DNA of 64,000 nucleotides, taken from positions 38,316,001-38,380,000 of the forward strand of contig NC_091986.1 of the NCBI RefSeq assembly GCF_044704955.1, given 5' to 3'. The stretch comes from Pristiophorus japonicus. Its lineage: Eukaryota. The notes below the pieces were generated by a model. The model searched no databases. It was not told the origin of the DNA and was given only the letters and a program-made list of their open reading frames with translations. Position numbers and translations under genes: made by a program. This document shows, in pieces, positions 37,914 to 49,344 of this stretch. Positions within the stretch are counted from its first letter, which is position 1. Each line of letters opens with the position of its first letter.

Positions 37914-38074
37914 AATATCTGAAGCACATTAATGCTTTCCTAATAATAGCACTCCTGCATTATTAATCAGTCACTGCATTAAGAATACGGAGAACAAGGA
38001 AACTTGATTCACCCACCCATCCAGCTCACTCCTTCCACAGGTCATGCACAAAATTTGTTCTATCATAGACTTTT

Positions 38075-38505
38075 AGCTACGAGGAAAGATTGGAGAGGCT
38101 GGGGTTGTTCGCTTTGGAACAGAGAGGCTGGGGGATGATTTAATTGAGGTGTATGCCATTATGAGGGGCCTGAATAGAGCAGATAGGAAGGACATATTCC
38201 CCTTAGCAAAGAGGTCAATAACCAGGGGGCATAGATTTAAAGTAATTGGTAGAAGGCTTAGAGGGGAATTGAGGAGAAATGTTTTCACCCAAAGGGTGTT
38301 GGGGATCTGGAACCCACTGCCTGAATGGGTGGTAGAGTCAGAAACCCTTGTTGCATTTAAAAAGTACTCGGATATGCTTTTGAAGTGCCGTAACCTGCAA
38401 GGCTACAGACCAAGAGCTGGAAAGTAGGATTCGACCGGCGCAGACACGGTTGGCCAATTGGCCTCTTCCTTTGCTATAAATTTCTATGATTGTATGATCC
38501 TATGG
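38075..38505 (+). mobile_element. CR1 3' fragment
   Basis: ORF 38149-38427 (TRGHRFKV..FTQRVLGIWN) and tail ttctatgattgtatgatcc. Confidence 0.85.
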
Positions 38506-38955
38506 ACTACTTAAATTATTTATTCTTTGGAAAGATGCTGCAGTGGCCTTTCCTCCTGTCCTTCAAAGATAATCAACGAGAAATTCCAGCGTATCTATCT
38601 AACTTTATAATCTACATTAGTCATCACTGAACTGGTTGGTTGCCAAGTCTAAGCAGCTCAGGAATCATTGTGTTCCATTCTGTTGTAAGACCTCTGCTTA
38701 TCTCTATAACCTTCAATCACCTTCCTAACCCGATAAGGTTCCCACTTTATTTCAAAGAGGCTAATTGGCACAGTGTTAAGTGATTCTACCGGTTGCCTCT
38801 TTCACATCTTCGTAACTATGTGGGAAATGCAAGCTAGAAAGTACTCCTGGCAGATATTGACAGACAAATGCTTAAAGTGCTTGGATGGCATTTCTCTGCC
38901 TGCTATTTTAAACGAGTTAGTGCCTCAATTAAAATAGTGGACTGGCAGAAGTCAT

Positions 38956-38960
<5 letters not shown>

Positions 38961-38987
<27 letters not shown>
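38961..38987 (+). repeat. (CA)n microsatellite, about 13 units
   Basis: Read directly. Confidence 0.95.
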
Positions 38988-38991
<4 letters not shown>

Positions 38992-40146
38992 TGGATGATT
39001 TTAACCCAACTCACCTAACAGAAACCAGGCAAGTGGACAGTTAAAATCGCCCACTGGACTCACCGCTCGAAATTCCTCACCAAATCCCCAAGCCACGATT
39101 TCCACCTGCTGTGCTGAGCAGGCAGAAAAGGCATCTCCTCAGAAACAGCCGGGGTCCTTCTTCACAAATGCAGATGGGTTTCCACTGACATCATTGGAGC
39201 CTGACTGCTATTTTAACCATGGGCCTGAGCAGAGAAGCAGTTGTGTCTTTCCCTCCAGCTCCACCTAGCGGGAAGAGCAGTCGGGGCCAAAAGAGGCCCA
39301 AAGAGGTAAGTCTTGTTGCGGGTATTTACTTTCCTAGCGGGGTCGGAAGGAACAGGATTGCTGCTCCAGGCTCCACCATAAAAATGTAGGCCTCCTTTGC
39401 CAGGCATTCCAGGTTCCTCCCCCTACTCTTCCCCACCCACCCACCCACCACCCCTGATCACACAGCCTTCCCCAAAAAAACCTCACTGGGCTGTTCCTCC
39501 CCTCCACCCGGCATTTTGCAATCCTCCGCCGCATTTTGGAGATCTACTGATTCCTGCCGGTTAGGCCATGAAACTGACGAGGTAGGCAGGTGCTGCTCTG
39601 GAGATCAAATCTAGCAAGAAAGAAAGACTTGGATTTATATAGCACCTTTCACGACCACCAGACGTCTCAAAGTGCTTTACAGCCAATGAAGTACTTTTGA
39701 AGTGTAATCACTGTTGTAATGTAGGAAATGCAGCAACCAATGTGCACACAGCAAGCTCCCACAAAACAGCAATGTGATAATGACCAGATAATCTGTTTTT
39801 GTTATGTAGATTGAGAGATAAATATTGGCCAGGATATCAGGGATAACTCCCTTGCCTTTCTTCGAAATAGTGCCATGGGATCTTTTATGCCCACCTGAGA
39901 GAGCAGACAGGGCCTCGGTTTAACGTCTCATCCGAAAGCCGGCACCTACGACAGTGCAGCACTCCCTCAGCATTACACTGGAGTGTCAATCCTAGATTTT
40001 TTTATGTGCTCAAGTCTCTGGAGTGGAACTTGAATCCACAACCTTCTGACTCAGGGGAGAGTGCTACCAACTACCGCGCCACAAGTTGCCGAGGTCTGGA
40101 CGGTTTGCTGCCCACCCGATTCCTGCCCTGTGTTAAAACCGGGTCT
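38992..40146. mobile_element. TIR-type element (family M4) interrupted by a SINE
   Basis: ggatgattttaaccc ... gttaaaaccgggtc; shares cagaaacc..gg..cagttaaaatc and gggtccttctt with 53445-53700. Confidence 0.5.
39616..40083 (-). mobile_element. Deu-type tRNA SINE
   Basis: Full-length reverse-complement match to 21443-21908. Confidence 0.85.
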
Positions 40147-41245
40147 CATGTATTCAGCCATTGAATGTGTGTCTGGTAATTCCTAGCCTAACCTCTTGAA
40201 TAACAGTTAATCTTTCTTATCTTCTGAAGAATGTTATTGAAGGCCACAAACTGGATCCTTTCAATGGATGATCAATGGTACCCAATTCCTTTTCTGAAAC
40301 ACAGCTCTTCCCTTGGCACACATGTTCCATGTTCCCTGTTCCAACATGAATTCATCCGCAGTAATGATTCATTCTGTAAAGATGTTTAATTCAATCCAAG
40401 GTGCGAATAGCTCATCTGAGGTGGGTTGTTCGGGAACCTTGGGAGATGGAGATCAGACAGGAAAATGGAGTTGAGGTAGAAGATCAGCCATGATCTTTTT
40501 TGGGGGAAAATTGCGGTCGGAGGCTTCCTTCGCACGAATGCCTCCCACCAGAAAAAAATCTACGAATCTACCTGTTGGACATGGAGAAATGTAAGATCCT
40601 GGTTGGAGACCGAGATTCGCTGTGCAGCGTATGGGGAGCTGTCTTCGTAGAACCTAAATCCAAGCTGGAGTCCCATGGGCCTGGATAACAAGTCACAGTG
40701 CAGTATTCTCATTGAAAAAAATGGGAGCCCTATTCGTACGGGCTGCCATTACTATCAATAATGAAAAAAAAACCATCATAATAAATAAATAAAACATCTC
40801 ACATATGTAAAATTAATTGAAATTAAATGTAATTAAATATTATAGAAAAAATATATATATTTTGGAATTTAAAAAAATGTTTTAATAGTGTGAAAAATAA
40901 ACTTACCATAATGGACAGGGTTTTTAATATAAAAATGAGTGTTTACATTTCATTTTTATCTGTTTTAAAACTCTTACACCGGTAAAAGTTAGCTGTGTGC
41001 CTGCTGACACACCCAAGTTTGAAGAACATTCGCTGGGCATGAGATGGGCAAACAGCCCAATCACTCCTGCGTGAATGTCCTCCTGGAATGCAGAGGATAG
41101 AAACATAGAAACATTGAAAATAGGTGCAGGAGTAGGCCATTTGGACCTTCGAGTCTGAACCACCATTCAATAAGATCATGGCTGATCATTCACCTCAGTA
41201 CCCCTTTCCTGCTTTCTCTCCATACCTCTTGATCCATTTAGCCGT

Positions 41246-42169
41246 AAGAACATAAGAACATAAGAATTAGGAACAGGAGTAGGCCATCTAGCCCCTCGAG
41301 CCTGCTCCGCCACTCAACAAGATCATGGCTGATCTGGCCGTGGACTCAGCTCCACTTACCCGCCTGCTCCCCATAACCCTTAATTCCCTTATTGGTTAAA
41401 AATCTATCTATCTGTGACTTGAATACATTCAATGAGCTAGCCTCAACTGCTTCCTTGGGCAGAGAATTCCACAGATTCACAATCCTCTGGGAGAAGAAAT
41501 TCCTTCTCAACTCGGTTTTAAATTGGCTCCCCCGTATTTTGAGGCTATGCCCCTAGTTCTAGTCTCCCCGACCAGTGGAAACAACCTCTCTGCCTCTATC
41601 TTGTCTATCCCTTTCATTATTTTAAATGTTTCTATAAGATCACCCCTCAACCTTCTGAACTCCAACGAGTAAAGACCCAGTCTACTCAATCTATCATCAT
41701 AAGGTAACCCCCTCATCTCAGGAATCAGCCAAGTGAATCATCTCTGTACCCCCTCCAAAGCGAGTATATCCTTCCTTAAGGTGACCAAAACTGCACACAG
41801 TACTCCAGGTGCGGCCTCACCAATACCCTATACAGTTGCAGCAGGACCTCCCTGCTTTTGTACTCCATCCCTCTCGCAATGAAGGCCAACATTCCATTTG
41901 CCTTCCTGATTACCTGCTGCACCTGCAAACTAACTTTTTGGGATTCATGCACAAGGACCCCCAGGTCCCTCTGCACCGCAGCATGTTGTAATTTCTCCCC
42001 ATTCAAATAATATTCCCTTTTACAGTTTTTTTTTCCAAGGTGGATGAACTCACATTTTCCGACATTGTATTCCATCTGCCAAACCTTAGCCCATTTGCTT
42101 AACCTATCTAAATCTCTTTGCAGCCTCTCTGTGTCCTCTACACAATCCACTTTCCCACTAATCTTTGTG
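41246..42169 (-). mobile_element. 5'-truncated young CR1 nested in the 3' end of the full-length CR1
   Basis: Nearly identical to 9587-10510; the host flanks gccgtaag / catatctaactccc rejoin. Confidence 0.92.
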
Positions 42170-45100
42170 ACATATCTAACTCCCTCTTGAATATATCCAA
42201 TGAACTGGCATCTACAATCCTAAGCGGAAGGGAATTTCACAGGTTAACAACTCTCTGAGTGAAGAAGTTTCTCCTCATCTCAGTTCTAAATGGATTACCC
42301 CTTATCCTTCGACTATGTCCCCTGATTTTGGACTTCTCCAACATTGGGAACATTCTTCCCGCATCTAACGTGTCCAGTCGCGTCAGAATTTTATATATTT
42401 CTATGAGATCCCCTCTCATCCTTCTAAACTCCAGTGAATAAAGGCCCAGTCGATCTAGTCTCTCCTCATATGTCAGTCCAGCCATCCTGGGAATCAGTCT
42501 GGTGAACCTTCGCTGCACTCTCTCAATAGCAAGAATGTCCTCAGATTAGGAGACCAAAACTGAACACAATATTCCAGGTGAAGCCACCCCGTACAACTGC
42601 AGTAAGACCTCCCTGCTCCTATACTCAAATCCCTAGCTATGAAGGCCAACATACCATTTGCCTTCTCCACCATCTGCTGAACCTGCATGCCAACTTTCAA
42701 TGACTAATGTACCATGACACCCAGGTCTCGTTGCACCTCCCCTTTTCCTAATCTGACACCATTCAGATAATATTCTACCTTCGTGTTTTTGCCACCAAAG
42801 TGGATAACCTCACATTTATCCACATTATACTGCATCTGCCACGCGTTTGCCCACTCACCGAACCTGTCCAAGTCAACCTGCAGCCTTTTAGCATTCTTCT
42901 CACAGCTCACACCGCCACCCAGCTTAGTGTCATCTGCAAACTTGGAGATATTACACTCAATTCCCTCATCCAAATCTTTAATGTATATTGTAAATAGCTG
43001 GGGTCCCAGCACTGAGCCCTGCGGTACCCCAATAGTCACTGCCTACCATTCTGAAAAGGACACGTTTATCCCGACTCTCTGCTTCCTGTCTGCCAACCAG
43101 TTCTCTATCCACGTCAGTACATTACCCCCAATACGCTTTGATTTTGCACACCAATCTCTTGTGTGCGACCTTGTCAAAAGCCTTTTGAAAGTCCAAATAC
43201 ACCACATCCACTGGTTCTCCCTTGTCCACTCTACCAGTTACATACTCAAAAATTTCTAGACTATTTGTCAAGCAGGATTTCCCTTTCATAAATCCATGCT
43301 GACTTGGACCGATCCCGTCACTGCTTTCCAAATGTGTTGCTATTTCATCTTTAATAATTGATTCCAACATTTTCTCCACTACTGATATCAGGCTAACCGG
43401 TCTACAATTACCCGTTTTCTCTCTCCCTCCTTTCTTAAAAAGTGGGGTTACATTAGCTACCCTCCAGTTCATAGGAACCGATCCAGATTCGATAGACTGT
43501 TGGAAAATGATCACCAATGCATCCACTATTTCCAGAGCTACCTCCTTAAATACTCTGGGATGCAGACTATCAGGCCCCAGGGATTTATTGGCCTTCAATC
43601 CCATCAATTTCCCTAACACCATTTCCCGCCTAATAAGGATTTCCTTCAGTTCCTTCTTCTAACTAGACCCTCGGTTCCTTAGTATTTACGGAACATTATT
43701 TGTGTCTTCCTTCGTGAAGACAGAACCAAAGTATTTGTTTAACTGGTCCGCCATTCCTTTGTTCCCCATTATAAATTCACCTTTTCACTAATCATTTTCT
43801 CTTCACATATCTATGTGAAGTCAGTTTTTATGTTCCCAGCAAGCTTATCTCATATTCTATTTTCCCCCTCCTAATTAAACCCTTTGTCCTCCTCTGCTGT
43901 ATTACAAAATTCTCCCAGTCCTCAATTTTGCTGCTTTTTCTGGCCGATTTATATGCCTCTTCCTTGGATTTAACACTATCCTTAATTTCCCTTGTTAGCC
44001 ACTGTTTTATTTTTTACTCCAGACAGGGATGTACAATTGTTGAAGTTCATCCATGTGATCTTTAAATGTTTGCCATTGCTTATCCACCGTCAACCCTTTA
44101 AGTATCACTTGCCAGTCTATTCTAGCCAATTCACATCTCATATCATCGAAGTTACCTTTCCTTAAGGTCAGGACCCTAGTCTCTGAATTAACTCTGTCAC
44201 TCTCCATCTTAATAAAGAATTCTACCATATTATGGTCACTCTTCCCCAAGGGGCCTCTCACAACAAGATTGCTAATTAGTCATTTCTCACTACACATCGC
44301 CCAGTCTAGGGTGGCCAGCCCTCTCGTTGGTATCTCGACATATTGGTCTAGAAAATCATCCCTCATACACTTCAGGAAATCCTCCACCACTGCATTGCTA
44401 CCAGTTTGATTAGCCCAATCAATATGTAGATTAAAGTCACCCATGATAACTGCTGTACCTTTATTGCACGCATCCCTAATTTCTTGTTTGATGCTGTTGC
44501 CAACCTCACTACTACTGTTTGGTGGTTTGTACACAACTCCCACTCGTGTTTTCTGCTCTTTGGTATTCCGTAGCTCCACCCATACCGATTCCACATCATC
44601 CAATCTAATGTCCTTCCTTACTATTGCATTAATTTCCTCTTTAACCAGCAATGCCAACGCACCTCCTTTTCCTTTCTGTCCATCCTTCCTAAATGTTGAA
44701 TACCCCTGGATGTTGAGTTTCCAGCCTTGGTCACCCTGGAGCCATGTCTCCGTGATGCCAATTACATTATATCCGTAAACTGCTCTCTGCGCAGTTAATT
44801 CGAATATGCCAAATACTCCTCGCATTGAGGCACAGAGCCTTCAGGCTTGTCTTTCTAACACACTTTGCCCCTTTAGAATTTTGCTCCAATGTGGCCCTTT
44901 GTGCTTTTTGCCTTGAGTTTCTCTGCCCTCCACTTTTACTTTTCTTCTTTCTATCTTTTGCTTCTGCCCCAATTCTTCTTCCCTCTCTCTCCCTACATAG
45001 GTTCCCATCCCCCTGCCATATTAGTTTAACCCCTCCCCGACAGCACTAGCAAACACTCCCCCAGGACATTGGTTCCGGTCCTGCCCAGTTGCAGACCATC

Positions 45101-46147
45101 CGGTTTGTACTGGTCCCACCTCCCCCACAACGGTTTCCAATGTCCCAGGAATTTGAATCCCCCACTTCTGCACCACTACTCAAGCCACGCATTCATCTGA
45201 GCTATCCTGCGATTCCTACTCTGACTAACATGTGGCACTGGTAGCATTCCTGAGATTGCTACTTTTGAGGTCCTACTTTTTAATTTATCTCCTAGCTCCC
45301 TAAATTCAGCTTGTAGGACCTCATCCTGTTTTTTACCTATATCGTTGGTACCTATAAGCACCACGACAACTGGCTGTTCACCCTCTCTCTTCAAAGCATC
45401 CTGCACCCGCTCCGAGGCATCCTTGACCCTTGCACCAGGGAGGCAACATACCATCCTGGAGTCTCAGTTGCGGCCGCAGAAACGCTTATCTATTCCCCTT
45501 ACAATAGAATCCCCTACCACTATAGCTCTCCCATTCTTTTTCCTGCCCTCTTGTGCAGCAGAGCCACCCATGGTGCCATGAACTTGGCTGCTGCTGCTCT
45601 CCCCTAATGAATCACCCCCTTCAACAGTTCCTAAAGTGGTGTATCTGTTTTGCAGGGGGATGACCACAGGGGACCCCTGCACTACCTTCCTTCCACTGCT
45701 CCTGTTGGTCACCCATTCCCTATCTGGCTGTGTACCCTTTACCTGCGGTAAGACCAACTCACTAAACATGCTATTCACGGCATCCTCAGCATCGTGGATG
45801 CTCCATAGTAAATCCACCTTCAGCTCCAGTGCCGCAACGCGGTCTGTCAGGTGCTGCAGGCGGATGCACTTCCCGCACATGTAGTCGTCAGGGATACTGG
45901 AAGCGTCCCTTACTTCCCCCATAGCACAGGAGGAGCATAACACATGTCCAAGCTCTCCTGCCATGACTTAACTCCTGGATTAACTTAATTTGGCAACAAC
46001 AATGCTAGAAGGTTACTTTCTGATAAAGAAAAGCAAAAGAAAAACTACTCACCAATCATCAGTCAATCACTTACCCCCTTGTCTGTGATGTCACCCTTCA
46101 ATTTCTTTCTACTTCTTTTTTGCCTCCCTGCTGCAGCTGCACTGGCT

Positions 46148-48023
46148 GGCCTTTGGTCGGCCTCCCCATGCTGCTGCTCCGCCTCCTCAAACTCCCGCTG
46201 GCTCCCGACGCCTATGGGCCTTATGTAGGCCTCCCCATGCTGCCGCTTCACCTCCTCGAACTCCCGCTGGCTCCCGACGCCTGTTGGGCCTTATGTAGGC
46301 CTCTCCATGCTGCCGCTCCACCTCCTCGATCTCCCGCTGGCTCCCGACGCCTGTTGGGCCTTATGTAGGCCTCTCCATGCTGCCACTCTGCCTCCTCAAA
46401 CTCCCGCTGGCTCCCGACGCCTATGGGCCTTATGTAGGCCTCCCCATGCTGCCGCTTCACCTCCTCGAACTCCCGCTGGCTCCCGACGCTTGTTGGGCCT
46501 TATGTAGGCCTCTCCATGCTGCCGCTCCACCTCCTCGATCTCCCGCTGGCTCCCGACGCCTGTTGGGCCTTATGTAGGCCTCTCCATGCTGCCGCTCTGC
46601 CTCCTCAAACTCCCGCTGGCTCCCGACGCCTGTTGGGCCTTATGTAGGCCTTTCCATGCTGCCGCTCTGCCTCCTCGATCTCCCGCTGGCTCCCGATGCC
46701 TGTTGGGCCTTATGTAGGCCTCCCCATGCTGCCGCTCCGCCTCCTGAAACTCCCGCTGGCTCCCGACGCCTGTTGGGCCTTATGTAGGCCTCTCCATGCT
46801 GCCGCTCTGCCTCCTCAAACTCCCGCTGGCTCCCGACGCCTGTTGGGCCTTATGTAGGCCTCCCCATGCTGCCGCTCCGCCTCCTGAAACTCCCGCTGGC
46901 TCCCGATGCCTGTTGGGCCTTATGTAGGCCTCCCCATGCTGCCGCTCTGCCTCCTCAAACTCCCGCTGGCTCCCGACGCCTGTTGGGCCTTCTGTAGGCC
47001 TTCCCATGCTGCCGCTCCGCCTCCTCGATCTCCCGCTGGCTCCCGACGCCTGTTGGGCCTTATGTAGGCCTCGCCACGCTGCCGCTCTGCCTCCTCGATC
47101 TCCCGCTGGCTCCCGACGCCTGTTGGGCCTTATGTAGGCCTCCCCATGCTGCCGCTCCACCTCCTCAAATTCCCGCTGGCTCCCGACGTCTGTTGGGCCT
47201 TATGTAGGCCTCCCCATGCTGCCACTCCGCCTCCTCGATCTCCCGTTGGCTCCCGACGCCTATGGGCCTTATGTAGGCCTCCCCATGCTGCCGCTCTGCC
47301 TCCTCGATCTCCCGCTGGCTCCCGACGCCTGTTGGGCCTTATGTAGGCCTCCCCATGCTGCCGCTCTGCCTCCTCAAACTCCCGCTGGCTCCCGACGCCT
47401 GTTGGGCCTTATGTAGGCCTCCCCATGCTGCCGCTCCGCCTCCTGAAACTCCCGCTGGCTCCCGACGCCTGTTGGGCCTTATGTAGGCCTCCCCATGCTG
47501 CCGCTCTGCCTCCTCCAACTCCCGCTGGCTCCCGACGCCTGTTGGGCCTTATGTAGGCCTCCCCATGCTGCCGCTCAGCCTCCTCGATCTCCCGCTGGCT
47601 CCCGACGCCTGTTGGGCCTTATGTAGGCCTCGCCACGCTGCCGCTCTGCCTCCTCGATCTCCCGCTGGCTCCCGACGCCTGTTGGGCCTTATGTAGGCCT
47701 CGCCACGCTGCCGCTCTGCCTCCTCGATCTCCCGCTGGCTCCCGACGCCTGTTGGGCCTTATGTAGGCCTCCCCATGCTGCCGCTCTGCCTCCTCAAACT
47801 CCCGCTGGCTCCCGACGCCTGTTGGGCCTTATGTAGGCCTCTCCATGCTGCCGCTCCGCCTCCTCGATCTCCCGCTGGCTCCCGACGCCTGTTGGGCCTT
47901 ATGTAGGCCTCCCCATGCTGCCGCTCCGCCTCCTCGATCTCCCGTTGGCTCCCGACGCCTGTTGGGCCTTATGTAGGCCTCCCCATGCTGCCGCTCCGCC
48001 TCCTCGATCTCCCGTTGGCTCCC
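46148..48023. repeat. Tandem array of about 27 x 70-bp (some 69-bp) GC-rich monomers
   Basis: Unit ctcccgctggctcccgacgcctgttgggccttatgtaggcctccccatgctgccgctc(c/t)gcctcctc(aaa/gat). Confidence 0.97.
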
Positions 48024-49344
48024 TCCTCGTCAAGAAATCTTGACAGATCGAAAAAGCTGGTTTTCGGCGCATGCACATCTCATCCTGAAAACCAGCTTTT
48101 GCGAGGCTTCGCCGGGTCCATGCGCACTTTGTACAGACCCGGCAAGGCTGGAATTTTCAGCCCATTGAATGGTGGAGCAGACTTGAGGGAATGTATGGCC
48201 TACTCCAGCTCCTAATTATTATGTTCTTACGTTACAGTTTTCCATTTCAAATCCAAGCGAGATTTTCGGGCTCTATGCTCACCAGATCATATTTGTCCAT
48301 TTAATTCTTTCAATGAGCAGAAAATTATGGGTTACAGAGCAGCTAAAGGGAAAATCTTCCATCCCATATTGTTGAAACTAGTGTAAGCGGAAACAAGTTT
48401 GGGAAACATTTACCCATTGTAAGATCAACAAGGCTAACACACATTTCCGTTGTTAGAAACATCATTTTTGCCCTTTCAAAATTAATAATCGAACATGCCC
48501 TGGTTTGTAAACTTGTAACCCAAGGCAACAGTTTGCCTTTCAAACTTCATAATGTTGTGTGGAATAAAGGGAGGCAAGCACTCGATACAACAGCTGTGTG
48601 TAAACTGAAAGAAAACGCTTGCATTTGCCATTGAAGTCAGCTATTCAATGATTTTGCAGGTACTGAATGTCAGGTCAGGGAAAAATTGTCAAGAACAAAT
48701 TGGATTTTCTGTTAGCACAGCATCCAGTTATTCATCAATCATAATTAGAGCTGGATTATGCAGTTCTTTTCCTTCCACGTTCTGTTGAAGGCTTGCTGCA
48801 ACTCCAATGCTAGAAATAATTCCCCTGCTCTCATTCAATACCTTCAACTCAATTGCCTTCCATTGCCAAAGCAGCATTGCAGTGTTATTTTCATATCTAT
48901 ATGTTGCTGGCTGTAATTTGTCTTTGCAAAATAGAAAGTCCACAGCACGATTTCCTCTTGCTAAGTTCCAGAGGTAAAAATTGTGTAGAAATGATGAAAA
49001 ATAAATAGAATGTTCCACTCAGATTGACTCAAATGCTTGAATTACATCCGAGGCTGGATTTCATTTCTTTGAGAGAGAATTTACGAGTTGTGTCTTTGTT
49101 AAAAAATAAACTAATTTAACCTATTTTGTTAACATGGTTCCAAAAGAGAGAAAAGGCCTGAGGCAATCTGGTTAAAGGAACGGTGCAGATGTTGTTGCTG
49201 TGGTGCAAGAGGCATCAGCTGGACTATGCACGAGGAGGAGAGTCAGTCAGGGAGGATCACACACCCATGACAGATTCTGTCTGATTTTAATCTTTCCTCC
49301 AGCTAGCTGATGCTGCATGATCAACACCGAAAAGGAAAATCTCG

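Larger units (their letters stand above)
41100..48028 (-). mobile_element. Full-length CR1 LINE with a 5' tandem array, decayed
   Basis: Tail aaacatagaaacat at 41100. ORF2 pieces 42237-44825 (ETWL, GDFN, SDH, FADD). ORF1 45176-45964 (MAGELGHVLCSSC..CGKC, VGDSIVRG, GTNDI). Confidence 0.93.
40502..48163 (+). mobile_element. Harbinger-like MITE family M1 split by a CR1 (40502-41099 plus 48029-48163)
   Basis: TIR gggggaaaattgc ... ggaattttcagccc. The family palindrome is split as gat / gtcaagaaatcttgacagatc. Confidence 0.75.
40440..48232 (+). mobile_element. CR1 3' UTR fragment split into 40440-40501 and 48164-48232 by a MITE
   Basis: gatcagccatgatctt and attgaatggtggagcag rejoin into the CR1 UTR seen at 50857-50890. 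Confidence 0.75.

Noticed and set aside
46148-48023. CRISPR-like array or repetitive protein gene
   Set aside because: The units are contiguous with no unique spacers and there are no cas genes. The 70-bp period is not a multiple of three, so the short ORFs are by-products.
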